Of a stretch of DNA of 64,000 bases, positions 1-13,200 are shown one piece after another. Position numbers and translations under genes: made by a program. Positions within the stretch are counted from its first letter, which is position 1. Each line of letters opens with the position of its first letter. The DNA lies in contig OZ193910.1 of assembly GCA_964276515.1 (NCBI GenBank), forward strand, positions 6,076,001 to 6,140,000. Direction: 5' to 3'. The notes below the pieces were generated by a model. That model did no database searches, was not told the DNA's origin, and worked only from the letters and a program-made list of their open reading frames with translations. This DNA is from Gordius albopunctatus. Lineage: Eukaryota.

Positions 1-2666
1 GAATATTTGGTAGGTCTGAGAATAGGTTTTAAATTATATTCCAAATTTCTAACTCACAAGACGGTCAGGTTATTTAGTCTTATACGTTTTGACGTTTAGT
101 AAAATGTCACTCAAACGCCACCTCATGACGTATACTGCGTATCTATCGTGTAGGTAGTGTGATAAATGCAGTAGGCATGTGTTGCGGAAAATGGAAACTT
201 TTTACGCGCTTTGAAACATTAAATATCAAAGTCATTTTTTTTCTTATTTTTCACGTCAATTATTATTATTATAGGACGGTTGTGTCCCCTCCTGCGTGGC
301 TAAATAAATTTAAAAATCTAATTTTGTCATTTTTTGCGCGTTAAATAAGGAGAAAATGAAAATACTTTTAACAAAGTGCCAATAAATGTTGATATATCTC
401 AGTTCTTCGGACATTATTAAGTTGAGAATTAAAAGTTTTATTCAGAAACAAATAATTATAATTATGATATTGTTTTTTAATTACAAAAAATTATAAAAAA
501 ATCCTTGAAGGGCCAGGGGCCAAAGATTTTTCTCTTGGGGGGGGGGGGGGGGTTGTGTGATAAATGTAGGCATGTGCTGCGGAAAATGGAAACTACGATT
601 TTAAACATTAAATCAAAGTCATTTTTTGCTTATTTTTCACTTCAATTATTAATAGGACGGTCGTGTTCCCTCCTGCGTGGCTAAATAAATTAAAAATCTA
701 ATTTTGTCATTTTTTGCGCGTTAAATAAGGAGATAAATAAAAATACTTTCAACAAAGTGCCAATAAATGTTGATATATCTCAGTTCTTCAGACCTCTAAG
801 AAGGGCTCCGCCCCTAACTCCTAACAAGGTTATTGTCCTCGGTCCTTTGGTGTTAGGTAGCGCCCCCGGGCCCCGTGTTGTTTTTTGAGAACCTTTAACC
901 TAAACTCTTCTAAACTTCGTTGACAAACATTTGATTTGCTGTGAAATTTAAGCAGGGGAGAAAAACGGACTTTAATGTTTGAGGGCTTGGCTACGTCCAC
1001 GCTTATACCGGTCGCTTTAGGTTTTTATCAATTATCTGAGTACCTTGATTGCTTATTGACCAAAGTAAGGTTTGTGGGCAATGCTTTTTTACGACTCCTC
1101 ATAATATCTCAGTTTTTAATGCTGTATATCTAGGCATATTTTAAACAAAAAGGAGGATTTGCTTAGGAAGTTAGGGAATATTCGCATGTTTCGGAAATAA
1201 GCGAGATTAATGATGTTGTTCCGGGATCGATTTGGGGCAAAAATAAAAATGACTTTTCGCCTCGGACCGTACTACTCATACAAATTAACGTAATACAGTG
1301 GTCACTTTATGGAGCATTTTAAACCTGGACTGTGGATTATTAAAATAACTAAATCAAGATGGAATACATGTGAACAACAAAGTGAGTTAAAAAAAACCTT
1401 ATTTTTTGTCGAACTTGACATTATGATAATAAATTAATTAAGGAATTAAAAATTGATTAATAAGCATCGGCATTAAACAAAAGTCACAGAGATGAGAATT
1501 CTACGGTGGAGCTTGGGGTTAACTAAGCTCGACCATATGACGAATGACTTTCTCATGACAAAAATGAATATTCAACCTATGGCGGACATTTTTGACGAAA
1601 ATTGGTTAAGGTGATATGAACATATACTAAGGGGGACACAAATGACCTAAATTGAAAAGTACTGGACATGGAGGTGCTGGAGAAGAGAGGAAGAGGATGA
1701 CCCCGTGTCACATGGAACGGGCAAGGCGATAAAGTTATGAAAATTAAAGAGTAGTCAAGACATCGCACTCACCCGGTCAAGATGCAAGAAACTTATCAAA
1801 ACAAACCCCACGACCGTGGGACCAAATAACTGATAAAGAAGAAGAAGATTCAAACAAAGGGCTTCACTCCTGTACTCCGGCTGGGGCTGCCCCTCTAAAC
1901 CTTACTCAAGGAGCTCCGCCCCTTAAACCCCTGCCTTCTTGCTGTCTTTGTGTGGCCTTATTAGGCTCTTCTAAATTCGTATGGGAGTATTCATTTCCTA
2001 TACAATTTAAGCAATAGTAAAAATTAACGGAGGGCAAATTGAGGGTAGAGGGTCGGGCTACGTTTATAATGGTACCTATTGGCTTAAACTACACAATATA
2101 TCAGCTAAACATGATAACAATGAGACTCTATTGCAATAAAGTTCAGTTGGCGGCCAACGATATACCTAAAGTTTGTAAGCAGATGTGAGCTGAATTGTAG
2201 TTTGCCCAAATAAGTGAAAAGTTGGACGCGCTTAAATATGTTCAGGCGCAAAAATAAAACAGATTTTCAAGGGGGGGGGGGGGGGTTGGGGTTTTGATTG
2301 AAGTCCGAAAACGGCCATTTGCCAGAATCGTGATTTTGCGGTAGGGCCAAAAAAAGTTTTTTAAACCTTTAATAAAAAAACAAACCTGTGGCAATTTCAA
2401 AATTAAATATTTCTTTAGGCATCTATTAATTTATTATGTGTAAAGCAAAGCAATAAAAAATTTGATGTTAAGTACTTTGCTTTATGTGTTTATATTTAGC
2501 GTGTTAATAATTCTTCCTACATTAAATTGGTGAATTATTTCCCATAGGACCATTATATTTTAATCGCTCATTATATGATTGAGGCATAAGGATGAGCATG
2601 CACATCGCTTATAGCATTTTCTAGAAATAATCTATATAGCAAAACAACGTTTGCTAGGTCAGCTAG
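1..2666 (+). mobile_element. Non-autonomous Helitron (5' end lies outside the window)
   Basis: Ends in a GCAAAACAACGTTTGC hairpin followed by CTAG|T (CTAG 2663-2666). Near-identical in reverse to 50387-52401, which has a complete A|TC...CTAG|T structure. Internal duplication at ~157-420 / ~556-795. Confidence 0.85.
1590..1848 (+). pseudogene. 3' end of an RTE-type LINE embedded in the Helitron
   Basis: Degenerate WLR*YEHILRG and VLDMEVLEKRGRG*PRVTW (RTE C-terminal motifs RLRWYGH / GKRGRGRP), followed by a (GAA)n tail. Also present in the 50.4-52.4 kb copy. Confidence 0.75.
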
Positions 2667-3232
2667 TATAAAATAAATGTACACGAACTTATATAGTACT
2701 AGATACATAACTATTTTATGACAAACTTTTTAAGAGAGGGGGGTTTTTATTTAGAATACAAATTTGATTATAATGATTTTTGTCATAAAATAGGGTAAAA
2801 GAATGTGGGGGGGCAAATCACCCCCTCCCCCCCCTTCCGTGTGAAAAAGTGGGTAAAAAGGGGGGGGGGCAAACCAACGGAATAAAAAAGGGAGATTTAT
2901 TTATGATATATAATATGAGCAAATATTTAAAGTTACTAAATCGTAGCAAATAGCAATTATATCGGCTAGTTACTCGAGTTTATTGCTCGGACAATCTGCT
3001 CAATGCTTGAACAGATTTAGCTGCTTCGACTCGCTTCTCGAGCATTTTTATATTCAACGGTTCTGCCTAGTGCACGGAACAGCGAGCACTCATTGTGCTA
3101 ACGAGCATATTAAAGTGCTCGCGTTTGGAGTTGAAGCTAGTTAGCAGTTTAACACCAATACTAGCCAAGCCAAACACACAGGAAGGGGCGCGAGTGGAGG
3201 AGATGGGGAGAAATTAGGTGAAGGGAGAGAGC

Positions 3233-3435
3233 TAGAGTTGTTAAATTGCTAACTTTCTTCAACTCCAGCTACCATCTGCTCGAGTTTCTGCTCGGTCCTC
3301 GAGCATTTTTATATGCTACTGCTCTGCCTAGTGCACCAAACAGCGAGCACATATTGTGCTAACGCGCATATTAAGCAACTCAGTGTGCGTGCTCGCGTCT
3401 GGAGTTTGAAGAAAGTTAGCAATTTAACAACTCTA
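3233..3435. mobile_element. hAT-type MITE
   Basis: ~35-bp TIRs TAGAGTTGTTAAATTGCTAACTTTCTTC; perfect 8-bp TSD GAGAGAGC (3225-3232 / 3436-3443). A degenerate relative lies just upstream (~2927-3160). Confidence 0.9.
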
Positions 3436-3454
3436 GAGAGAGCGATGTTTTACT

Positions 3455-3843
3455 AAACATTGTATACGTTGTATATACTCTAATGTTAATGTACTATGTT
3501 TTCCCACACATATAAAGAGGAATTTTAATGCGGGGAGGAAAATTCAAATAAACGTTGATAAAGCTAAAATTAATAATGAAACAAAAAAATAATTATGATC
3601 ATATAGACAAATAAATGGTATATAGGATTATATAAATATTATTAAATGTAAATTTAATATGGCGTCTCTATGGCCTCAAAAAACGTTTAAAAGGCAATTT
3701 TTCCACCTTTAGTCTCATTTATCACAAAATCTGGATGACTAGAAAAAAACAAAAAAACATATTATTGTTGAGCGTAAAATTCTCTATAAGAATAAATTGT
3801 CAGATCACGGAATACAATCACAAAATATATTTGTAGACCTGTG
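3455..3843 (+). mobile_element. Partial copy (right part) of the long-TIR element at 30206-31268
   Basis: Shares TAATGTACT.TGTTTTCCCA, ATTATATAAATATTATTAAAT and the terminal TTGTAGACCTG with that element. Confidence 0.6.
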
Positions 3844-4793
3844 TTATCATTTAATAAAACAACCTTACACGTGCGTGTTCACTTATATAGTCGAAAGGCA
3901 GGTAACGCTAGTGCAGACGTTCCAAATAATTTTGATAAAATAACCTTGCGCATGCACGTGTTGTAGTGTATGAGGTGGAAATAAAGCAATGGTGTAGTTG
4001 TGAGGGAAGGGGAAAATCAATCATGATTAGGAGGGGGAGGAAGGACGTGGGGGGAATGATTTGGAGGGGGGTGGATTTATTTTTAATAAATGTATAAAAA
4101 AATCATTGATGTTAAGGAAAGCCTTTGTCTGAACTCAGATTAAAAATGTCATACAACGTTCACTAATTTGATTATAAAATTTATTTTTAGGCAATAATGT
4201 TACCGGAGCTGGATAAAACAACAAAACTACAATAAAATGTTCCCGGAATTTTAGATCTGGATTATGTTAATAAAAAAAAATTGAACAAGGACAAGATTAG
4301 ACAGATCAATAGTGACATATTTTTAAGGTAAAGTGTAGCCATAAATTACTTTATATGGCATAGAATTAATATTTAATTAAAAGTAATTTTTAGGCAATGG
4401 TATTACACTTCCCACCGCTTGCAATCTAATTTCTTAAACTAGCATCTTTTTTTCCTTTTCAGGAGCTTTTGTTTAAAAATGGCGACATTCACCCTTATTC
4501 AATAATTTTAAGCTGTTTGATAGTTATTTTTATTAATAGTCTATGTAACAACTACAGAGGGAAAATTCTTATGAGTCACACTTTCAAGGTGTCAGTGATT
4601 GGAAAACGGTTTCGGAGTTTAGTTCCAATTCGAGATAACCAATTCGGATTTATGCTGGAGAGGTCTACAGCAGATACCCTGAACAGTGTTAGAAGATTAA
4701 TGGAACGGTTTAGAGAAAGGGAGGAGGATTTTCACACGTGTTTCATCGATCTAATAGAAAAAGGGTTTGATATCCCTACTTTAGTGTGGAAAT

Positions 4794-6207
4794 CAGAGGT
4801 TAAATTTGTTGGGAATTTTCTGCCCGAACCCGGCCCGATTAAATTTTTTAACTTCATTGCCCGCCCGGGCCCGCCCGAACCCATCTAAGTGTCCGCCGGT
4901 GCCCGCCCGAATCGTTAAAGCTGCCCGAATTGCCTGGCCCGAAATATTAAATTTGCCCGTTAGTCCCGAATTTATGAGGTCCCAAACAGAGGTCGGAGTA
5001 GTTTAAATTTTTCTGCCCGAACGCGACCCGGTCCAGATTTTTAACTAAATTGCCCGCCTGAACCCTTCTAAGTGTCGGCTCAGCCATGCCCAAACCATTA
5101 GAGCTGCCCGGCCTGATTAATAAAATTTTCCCCGTAGACCCGAAATTATCCAATCCCAAAATCTTTCAACCACTATTACAAAAAAAGCATTAAATTAATG
5201 GCATATTGATCCAAACAAAGATGACAATATTTTGCTAACAAAACCAATCATATGACATACAATTTTAATAGATAAATAAAAAATTATAAATTAATATAAC
5301 TGACTTTGCTATACAATGATAATTTTTATTTGAAGCAAAAGAAAAAGAATATTATAAAAATAAGTAGGAAGGAATCAAAAAGGCTGAACAAATTTTTAGT
5401 TCTTAAAAAAATTAAATGAATTATAATTATGCGCATTGTTAGAAAATGGCATGAGCCTTTGTTTTAAGTCTAGACGTCACACAAGTGTAGTGTATTGCGA
5501 ACAATGAAATGGCTTTGGCTACTACATAAATATAAATAATCCAATCCTTTCCATAATGGAGTAGGGCAAAAATTTAACTGAACGCGATAAAAATGTAATA
5601 AATTAATTTACTACCAGAGAGTAAAATGGTTTCTTCCATAGTATTAGATTAGAGTAGCAGTTTACATGGGCGTAGCCAGCATTCAAATTAGAGGGGGACA
5701 ATAATGATTTAGGTAGGGGCAAAATAATCATTTTTGAAAATTTACCCATAATTTTAATGAATTTTAACAAATTTTTGAGTTTAGAGGGGGCAGCTGCCCT
5801 TCCTGCCCCCCACACTTGTCTACGCCCATGGCAGTTTAAATCATTGTGATTTTATTCTTTTATAATATAATCTGAAAATTAAAAATTTTTGATCTTGAGA
5901 CAAACCAGTTAAACTAATTTATTCAAAATAAAATTTAATTTTGAAGAAATTGAAATTAGGACATTATATAAACGTACAATGAAGATTTAAGCGATGGAAA
6001 AAAATCTAGTCAAATTTATTATGGCCCAAAATTGTTTATAAGCGAATTTATCTTTTTTCAAGGAAAATTAATTTGATAAAATTTTGGGCATGCCCGAATT
6101 GCCCGAAGCTTATAAGCGTGCCCGCCCGGGCCCGTCCGGGCCCGCCCGAAAATTAAAATTTAAGGGCGGGCCGGAAAGCGGGCTGTGCCGGGCATTTCTG
6201 GTCTCTG
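4794..6207 (-). mobile_element. Non-autonomous hAT element inserted in the RTE
   Basis: CAGAG...CTCTG termini, perfect 8-bp TSD GTGGAAAT (4786-4793 / 6208-6215), GCCCG-rich subterminal repeats. Inverted sister copy at 40330-41670. Confidence 0.9.
5665..5830. mobile_element. hAT-type MITE (CATGGGCGTAG family) nested in the hAT element
   Basis: TIR CATGGGCGTAG, TSD GCAGTTTA. Same nested insertion at 40582-40749; independent copies at 25227-25372 and 54782-54922. Confidence 0.9.
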
Positions 6208-7265
6208 GTGGAAATGTCTTAAAGAAAAAATGTGCCAGAATTATACGTCACAGCAATAGAAGATATGTATAAGGGAAATAGAACATAATTTGGAACAATG
6301 GTGGGGACTACAAAGGGTTTTGCCATCAACATTGGAGTCCATCAAGGTTCAGTCCTTAGTCCCTTCCTATTCATAATGATAATAGATATTATTATAAAGG
6401 ATTTGGGCGAGAAAGCTCCTTGGACAATGATCTTTGCAGACGATATAATCCTCTGTGCCAAAAGTAAACAAGAATTGGCTAATACTGTAAATAGATAGGT
6501 AAATGCAATAGAAGAAAGTGGTCTCAGGATAAATCGAAAGAAAATAAAATACACTAAGACAAAGTTTAAATCAGATGGAAATCAGCTATGTGCATCCCTT
6601 ACTTTAGGCGATTGGCAACTTACAAGCCTGGATTCCTAAATATTTAGGATCAAAACTTTAATTGGATGGTGGCTGGAATGGATAAAGAAATCCAAGCTAG
6701 GATAAATTCCGGATGGCTCAAATGGAGAGACTTAACAGGCGTTCTATGTGACAAAAACATCCCAAGAAGACTAAAAGGTGATGTGTATAGGTCCATAATA
6801 CAGCCAATCGTCCTCTATAGCTCGGAATTATGGGCTATACGTATAAAGTAAGAGCAGCGCCTTTTGTCCATGGAGATGAAAATGCTAAGGTGGGTGCTAG
6901 GAGTAAGCAAAAGGAACATAAGCGAAATGAAGAAATAAAAAGAAATATGGGTACTACATCTATTAAAAAAAGTTCCTAACAAACAGACTTAGATGGTATG
7001 GCTATTTTGAGAGAAGGGATGATAGTTACATTGGAATAAAAATTGGGAAGATAAATTTTGCAGGAAAACGAAAGTGAGGAAGACCCAAGCTTAGGTGGAT
7101 CTATAAAATATAAAAAATATAAAAATTCACACGATAAAGAAAGATCTATGTAAATATAGAGACAAAAGGAAACTAATGCTGCAAGGACTCACCACCAACC
7201 TAGGTGACAAACTGCCATTGAAAGAAGAAGCTTACTTTGTACTATTTTGCACCTTTATAACTCAC

Positions 7266-10200
7266 ATGCAAGCTGATCAACTTAACAAATCTCATAGTAA
7301 GAAACATAGTGGGCCAAAGGCTAAGCGTAAATTTGAAAAAAATGTCGATCCAACAAGTGCTAATGGCAAAAAAAATCCTAAAGCATTTGCTATTCAATCA
7401 GTTAATAAGGCTGCACGCTTATATAGAAGGTACACATAAATTTTTAGATTTATAATTTTATAAATTTAGGGGAAAAGATATAGAAACTAAAAAACACCAT
7501 CTTCCTAAAATTACATCAACTGGAAATGAACCTCCGCCTTTAATCGTAGCAGTTATAGGACCACCCAAAGTTGGAAAATCTACATTAATTCGATGCTTAG
7601 TGAAAAATTTTACCAGGCAAAATGTTACACATATAGAAGGACCTATTACCATAGTTGCTGGTATATTATTTTAATATAAAATAAAATTTATTCCAAATTT
7701 TTATGGATTTCGATTTTTCTAAAAATTCTTGGTATTTTTTATTTTAAATTCAATATTTATCGAGCTTCTTTTATTTGTTTAAAAATCATTAAATACATTT
7801 TCATAACTTAAAAAAATTTCAAATTTTGTTTAAAATTATGATTTAATTTAGGTTGAATTTTTATAAATATTGACAATTCTTTAGGTAAAAATAAAAGAAT
7901 CACATTTATAGAGTGTTCAAATGATATGTGCTGTATGGTTGACCTTGCAAAAATTTGTGATCTTGCACTTTTGCTTATTGATGCCAGTTTTGGATTTGAA
8001 ATGGAAATCTTTGAATTTATTAATATATGCCAGGTTCATGGTTTCCCTAAAATTATGGGTGTTTTGACGCACCTAGATAGTTTCAAAAATGTGACAACTT
8101 TGAGGAAAACAAAGAAAAGACTAAAACAAAGATTTTGGACTGAAGTTTATCAGGTTTTAAAAAGTTACATGCAATTTTTGTTAAATGCAAATAAAATCAA
8201 ATGTTTATATTATATTTTTAATAGGGTGCCAAACTATTTTACCTTTCTGGATTAGTAAAGGAAGATTATCAAAAAATTGAGGTCAGAAACTTGGGAAGAT
8301 TCATCACGGTCATGAAGGTTAATAACATAGAATGGAGAAATACTCACCCATACATTCTTGTTGATAGGTGTGTTTTGATTTTAAATTTATGATGTCTTTT
8401 GTATTTAAATATATTTTAATTTAAAATTTAAGCAGATAGCCTACCTTTAGCCCCTATTTTTATGTGTTAAAGCATAATATATATTCTTTCTTTATATAAA
8501 AATGGCAAAATAAATTTATCTATAAATATTTAATCACACACACACATATATACATATTAAGTAAATTAAAAATATCATTTTGTTAAATGGCCAATAAATT
8601 TTTAAATATGTTTATAAAATAGAATTGAAGATATAACCGATCCGCAAATAGTGCAATCTAACATAAAAGTTGATAGAAAAGTCTGCTTTTACGGGTATGT
8701 CCAGGGAAGTTCTTTAAAATTTAACAGCGACGTCCATCTCATAGGTAAGATCATCATAAAATTTATGTACAATTCATTGAAAAAGGAGTTGGAGATTACA
8801 CTTTGGATACCATAAGCTTTTTGGAAGACCCGTGCCCTCTGCCAGAAACCATTAAGAAAAGATCGTTAAACCAGAAAGAGAGACTAATATATGCGCCCAT
8901 GTCTGGGATCGGTGGCTTGATTTATGATAAAGATGCCATATACATTGAATTGGGAGGCAGTCATTCGCATAATAAGGATGTTGCTCAGACCCCCGATGTA
9001 TTTTATAATTTTTTAATGAATATTATTTATTACCAAACAGTTTAAGTTTGCTACTTATATTATCAATTTGTATATTATGCTCGCAATCTTAAATAATCCC
9101 TCAAATCTGATTCTACAAACTGTCTTATTAGATTTTTATAGAATACATCTTAACATTAGAAAGTTGTGAATATCTAAATTTTGTTTTACATCTTTTTTGA
9201 ATGGCTCATCCTTTACTGAAACCACTTACCATATAAACACTGTTTATTATTAAGAAGCGTCCACATTGCTCCACTAAATTATTTTATCGGACAACGTATG
9301 ATTTTTTAATTAATTATTGTATTTTTATATTGAATATATTAGGAAAATGAAGAAAAGACAGACTTAAAAAATACACAACCTATTGAAGACAAGATTCAAG
9401 CCATTGAAATGACTATGTTTTCCCAAAGCCAACCTATCAAGTCCTCCCAAATTACAAGGTAAACAACTTCATTATTTGGATTCCTATAACTACAGCCTAT
9501 TTATACTTCCTAAGTACTTTCAAAAATTGAACGAGATATTAAACAAAAGCCTTTGATAAATTCGCAATGATTGGAAATTTTTTTATATAGCTTCGGTGTT
9601 GTAATATGATTAAATCGTTGAAATACACGATTTTAAACAATATATTTTTGAAATTACAAAAAACATCTCTTTTATTTAATTTTCTTGTCTTGTTTAGAAC
9701 TTAAAAGTTAGTAATTGAATGGTTGCTATTGTTATATAGGCAGTTTTATCAAGAACCAAAGACGCTCAACCAGTTTTTGTTACAATCGGATGGAAAAGGT
9801 CAAGGTGGCGAAGATGACTTTGATTGTTTTAACGAAATTCAAGACGAACCAGAGGTATATTTTGATAGGGGGATTATAATTAGTTAATTTTGTTAATAAA
9901 ATGAATACCTTTTTTTGTAAAACGTAAACTGCCATTTATTGATTCATATTAGCAGCGGATATAATGTTTTAGTGGAGATAATATTTTACCAAATCGGCCC
10001 AATAATTTAGCCAGTAAATTTAATATAAATATATCGTATTTAATAACAAAATTATGTAATATACACGAATTTAAATTCAACCGATAGTTTTAATTAGGCA
10101 AATTACCCATTTACAATAACGGTCTTAATAAAGAAATAAAGAATTATTAAACTTTACAGGGAACGAATCGTGTTTTAAACATAAAATTAAATTTAATTTA

Positions 10201-13200
10201 CGTTATTTAAATTGTGAAGTTAAATTTGTCTTTACGTGTATATGTTTTTATTGGATTTAGGAAGATGTGGGGAAAAGTGAAAAATTATCTAGCTATAACG
10301 ATGAAAACGAGGAGGTTGCTGCTACGTCCGATATCAGGTGGAAATCAAGTTTAGAACAAAAATCGGATAACGATTATTGGGCAGGCTTGCACGGAAACCT
10401 TTTAGATAGTGACACCTCCAGTTTATACAGTAACATGTGTTATTATTATACGTATAATATTGACAAATACACCTCTTGTTCCACTGACAACTCCTTACTT
10501 CGAATTTCATTCTATATATGCCTTTTCTGACATGCAACTTTTAAATTTAACTACCATTTTATTCCATAGAAACGTTATGCGGGCCCTTTGACCCTATATA
10601 TGGATTGAATAAAAGTAATGACGAGAAACAACCTCTGGGTTCCCTATTTTCTGTCACCAAGAAAAGTGATATCCCCCTACCCGATTCCTTGGACGGCTAC
10701 GATTGTTCAAAAACACCTTGTCAAACGCCTCGGGACGAGATTAGCAATCGATTCGTCGGCTTAATTGATTGGAGTCTGCCGCAAGTATTGCCTTCTTTCA
10801 ATGCTATAATATGCATGAAACGACCTTTCATTTAGTTATTCAGGAAAAGCTGTTGTATTTATGGTGAGGATTGTTGTAGCCAAAATTATGTAGACATTTT
10901 AACTATTGACTGCCTATCAGCTGGAGATAATAGTAATAAATCGTGCAATCACCAACGGGAGAAGCAATATTTTATAACAACAGTTTGTTACAAAGCCTAT
11001 AGCAGACGTTTCCAAGGAACGTGAAAATAAATTGACACAAGATTTACCAAAAATTGGTTATTTTTTTAATTTTCGCAGTTGGCTTCAAATATAATTTTAC
11101 ATCCAGTATACTTAATCCTTCTAACTCGAACTGAAATCGTTTATCAGATCAATTTTAATTTAACAAATATACATTAGATAAATAAAATCATGTGTCATGT
11201 CGTCCCTTTTGGCCGCAACGAGGAAAGATATAATTTAATATCTCTAGACCAGAGTTATTTAGAGTTTTGCACCTCTACTACCTCCACTTATATTTGTAAC
11301 AATTTGAAGCGCCTTTGGGTCTTGTGTTAAACTAGGGTTTAGCTATTAAACAAAACAACATATTTATAAATAAAATATAATTTTCTTACTATTACCTCAA
11401 AGTTAATCAAAATTAAGTTTTGGTGCCTAAGGCTCATACCACTATATTCACATGGTTAGCTCAATGATTATGCAAATATGTGTTGTAAGCTAATTTTATT
11501 TAAGAAAATATACCTAATTCTAACACTTAAATTAGCCGTACTTTCTTCTTAATTTTGTCCAGGTTTTAATTTTTAGCATAGTCTTGTTTTAAATTCATGT
11601 AATATAAGTTCAAGTCATGAGTAAATCTCTGCTAAAAAATACCATATTACAAATTGTACCTTGCATTTAAATAGAATATGGGCATGTTGAGTTCCCGTTT
11701 CCTTAATATTAAACACGTTTTGGATGACGCGCAAGGCGGGAAGAGACAAAGAACCTCATCGAATGAATGCAGTAACTTCGAGGACAACGACATGCCAGAA
11801 AGGGAAGAAGAAGATGTTAATAACGATGATAACGATATTGCCAGCGAAAAGGGGGATGATTCCAACGAAGAAAATGATAATGACAGCGAGAATGACAATG
11901 AATCGGACGCCTCTCATACATATGGTACTTGGGGACATCTGACACTTTTCCTCTTAGGGGCCATTTCATGTCAAATAAAAATGCTTTCGACCGACCATCT
12001 TAGATTGGGCTAATTTTTGACGAGGGTGTAGTATCGTTGTAAAAAGATCTGGGGTTAGCTTAGTAGACTTTTGGCTCAACTAAGACTAATGGCCGACTCA
12101 ACAAAATCAGCCCAAAATCCTGTGGTCTGTTTTTCAAATTTCCGACTCAACAAAATCAGCCCAAAATCGTATGGTTTATTTTTCAAATTTCTACTAAGCA
12201 TAGAGGTCGGTCGACTAAACAAAACCCAGACCTGTTTACAGCACTATGGTGTAGGCCTCATATATTTTAGTAATCTTTGAAAACAAAATGAGGATAGCGT
12301 TATTACTTTCAAAAATATGACCGAATTTTGAGTAAAACGCGCCCAAGCGTGATTTTGGTCCTTTGAGCATCCATCTAAAAGTACTGACTTAAAATGGCTA
12401 ATATTTCCACAAATTAGCAAAATTTATGAGGCCTACACACTCACCAAAAGTTATCCAAATCCGAGTTTGTAGAAAACCTCTTATTTTGACTATTCAACAT
12501 GGAAAGGTCCCTTATACCTATGAAGTTATCATATTTCAAATTTAGCTTTTTTTAAAGAAATTTTAGGTATAAACAAAGTTTTATGTGACATGGCGAGATT
12601 CTCTTTATTTATAAGTGTGCGCGAATGATGGCCACGTGTAAGATAATGAAAAATGTGGCTTAATTGTTAAGGGTTGGTTTACTGTACACTAAGATTTTTG
12701 GAATGCGATCGTTTTTAACATGCAATTGTTGAACCGAGTTAATGATTGGAACCTTAGACTAGTTTATGACTGGGAATAATTCATCTCGAAACTGTCTTGG
12801 TGAGGCCTCATGTTTGTAAAATGATTTTCATCAAGGCGCCAGAGATCTATTTTTATTTATGTGATTTCTATACTCGATGTAAAATATTTATGATTTCTTC
12901 CTAATTATAAATTAAGATAAGACCGATACGGATGGCGTTACAGATAGGAATGCCAATGGTCAAAAGGCCTCTCAAGGTAATTTTTTAAATGTTAAATTTG
13001 TGCCATTTAAGTTTTCTTTAAATTTATTCCAACTTTAATAGCTTCTCTAAATCTGCAAAAATATTATTCAAAACTTAATATAAGATGTAGGTTTAGTGGT
13101 GTAGACTAATTGCGATTTTGGGTTATAATACTAACTTCCGCTTTATATAATTATAAATTCTTGGATTTAATGACTAAATAACAAAATAAAAAGTTCAAAT

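Larger units (their letters stand above)
4540..7230 (+). mobile_element. Degenerate 5'-truncated RTE-clade LINE (RT and C-terminus), split by a hAT insertion
   Basis: NYRG..LMSHTFK, QFGF...RSTAD, GVHQGSVLSPFLF, FADD, RINSGWLKWRDLTGVLCD, RLRWYG motifs with stops and frameshifts; ends in GAAAGAAGAAG. Confidence 0.92.
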
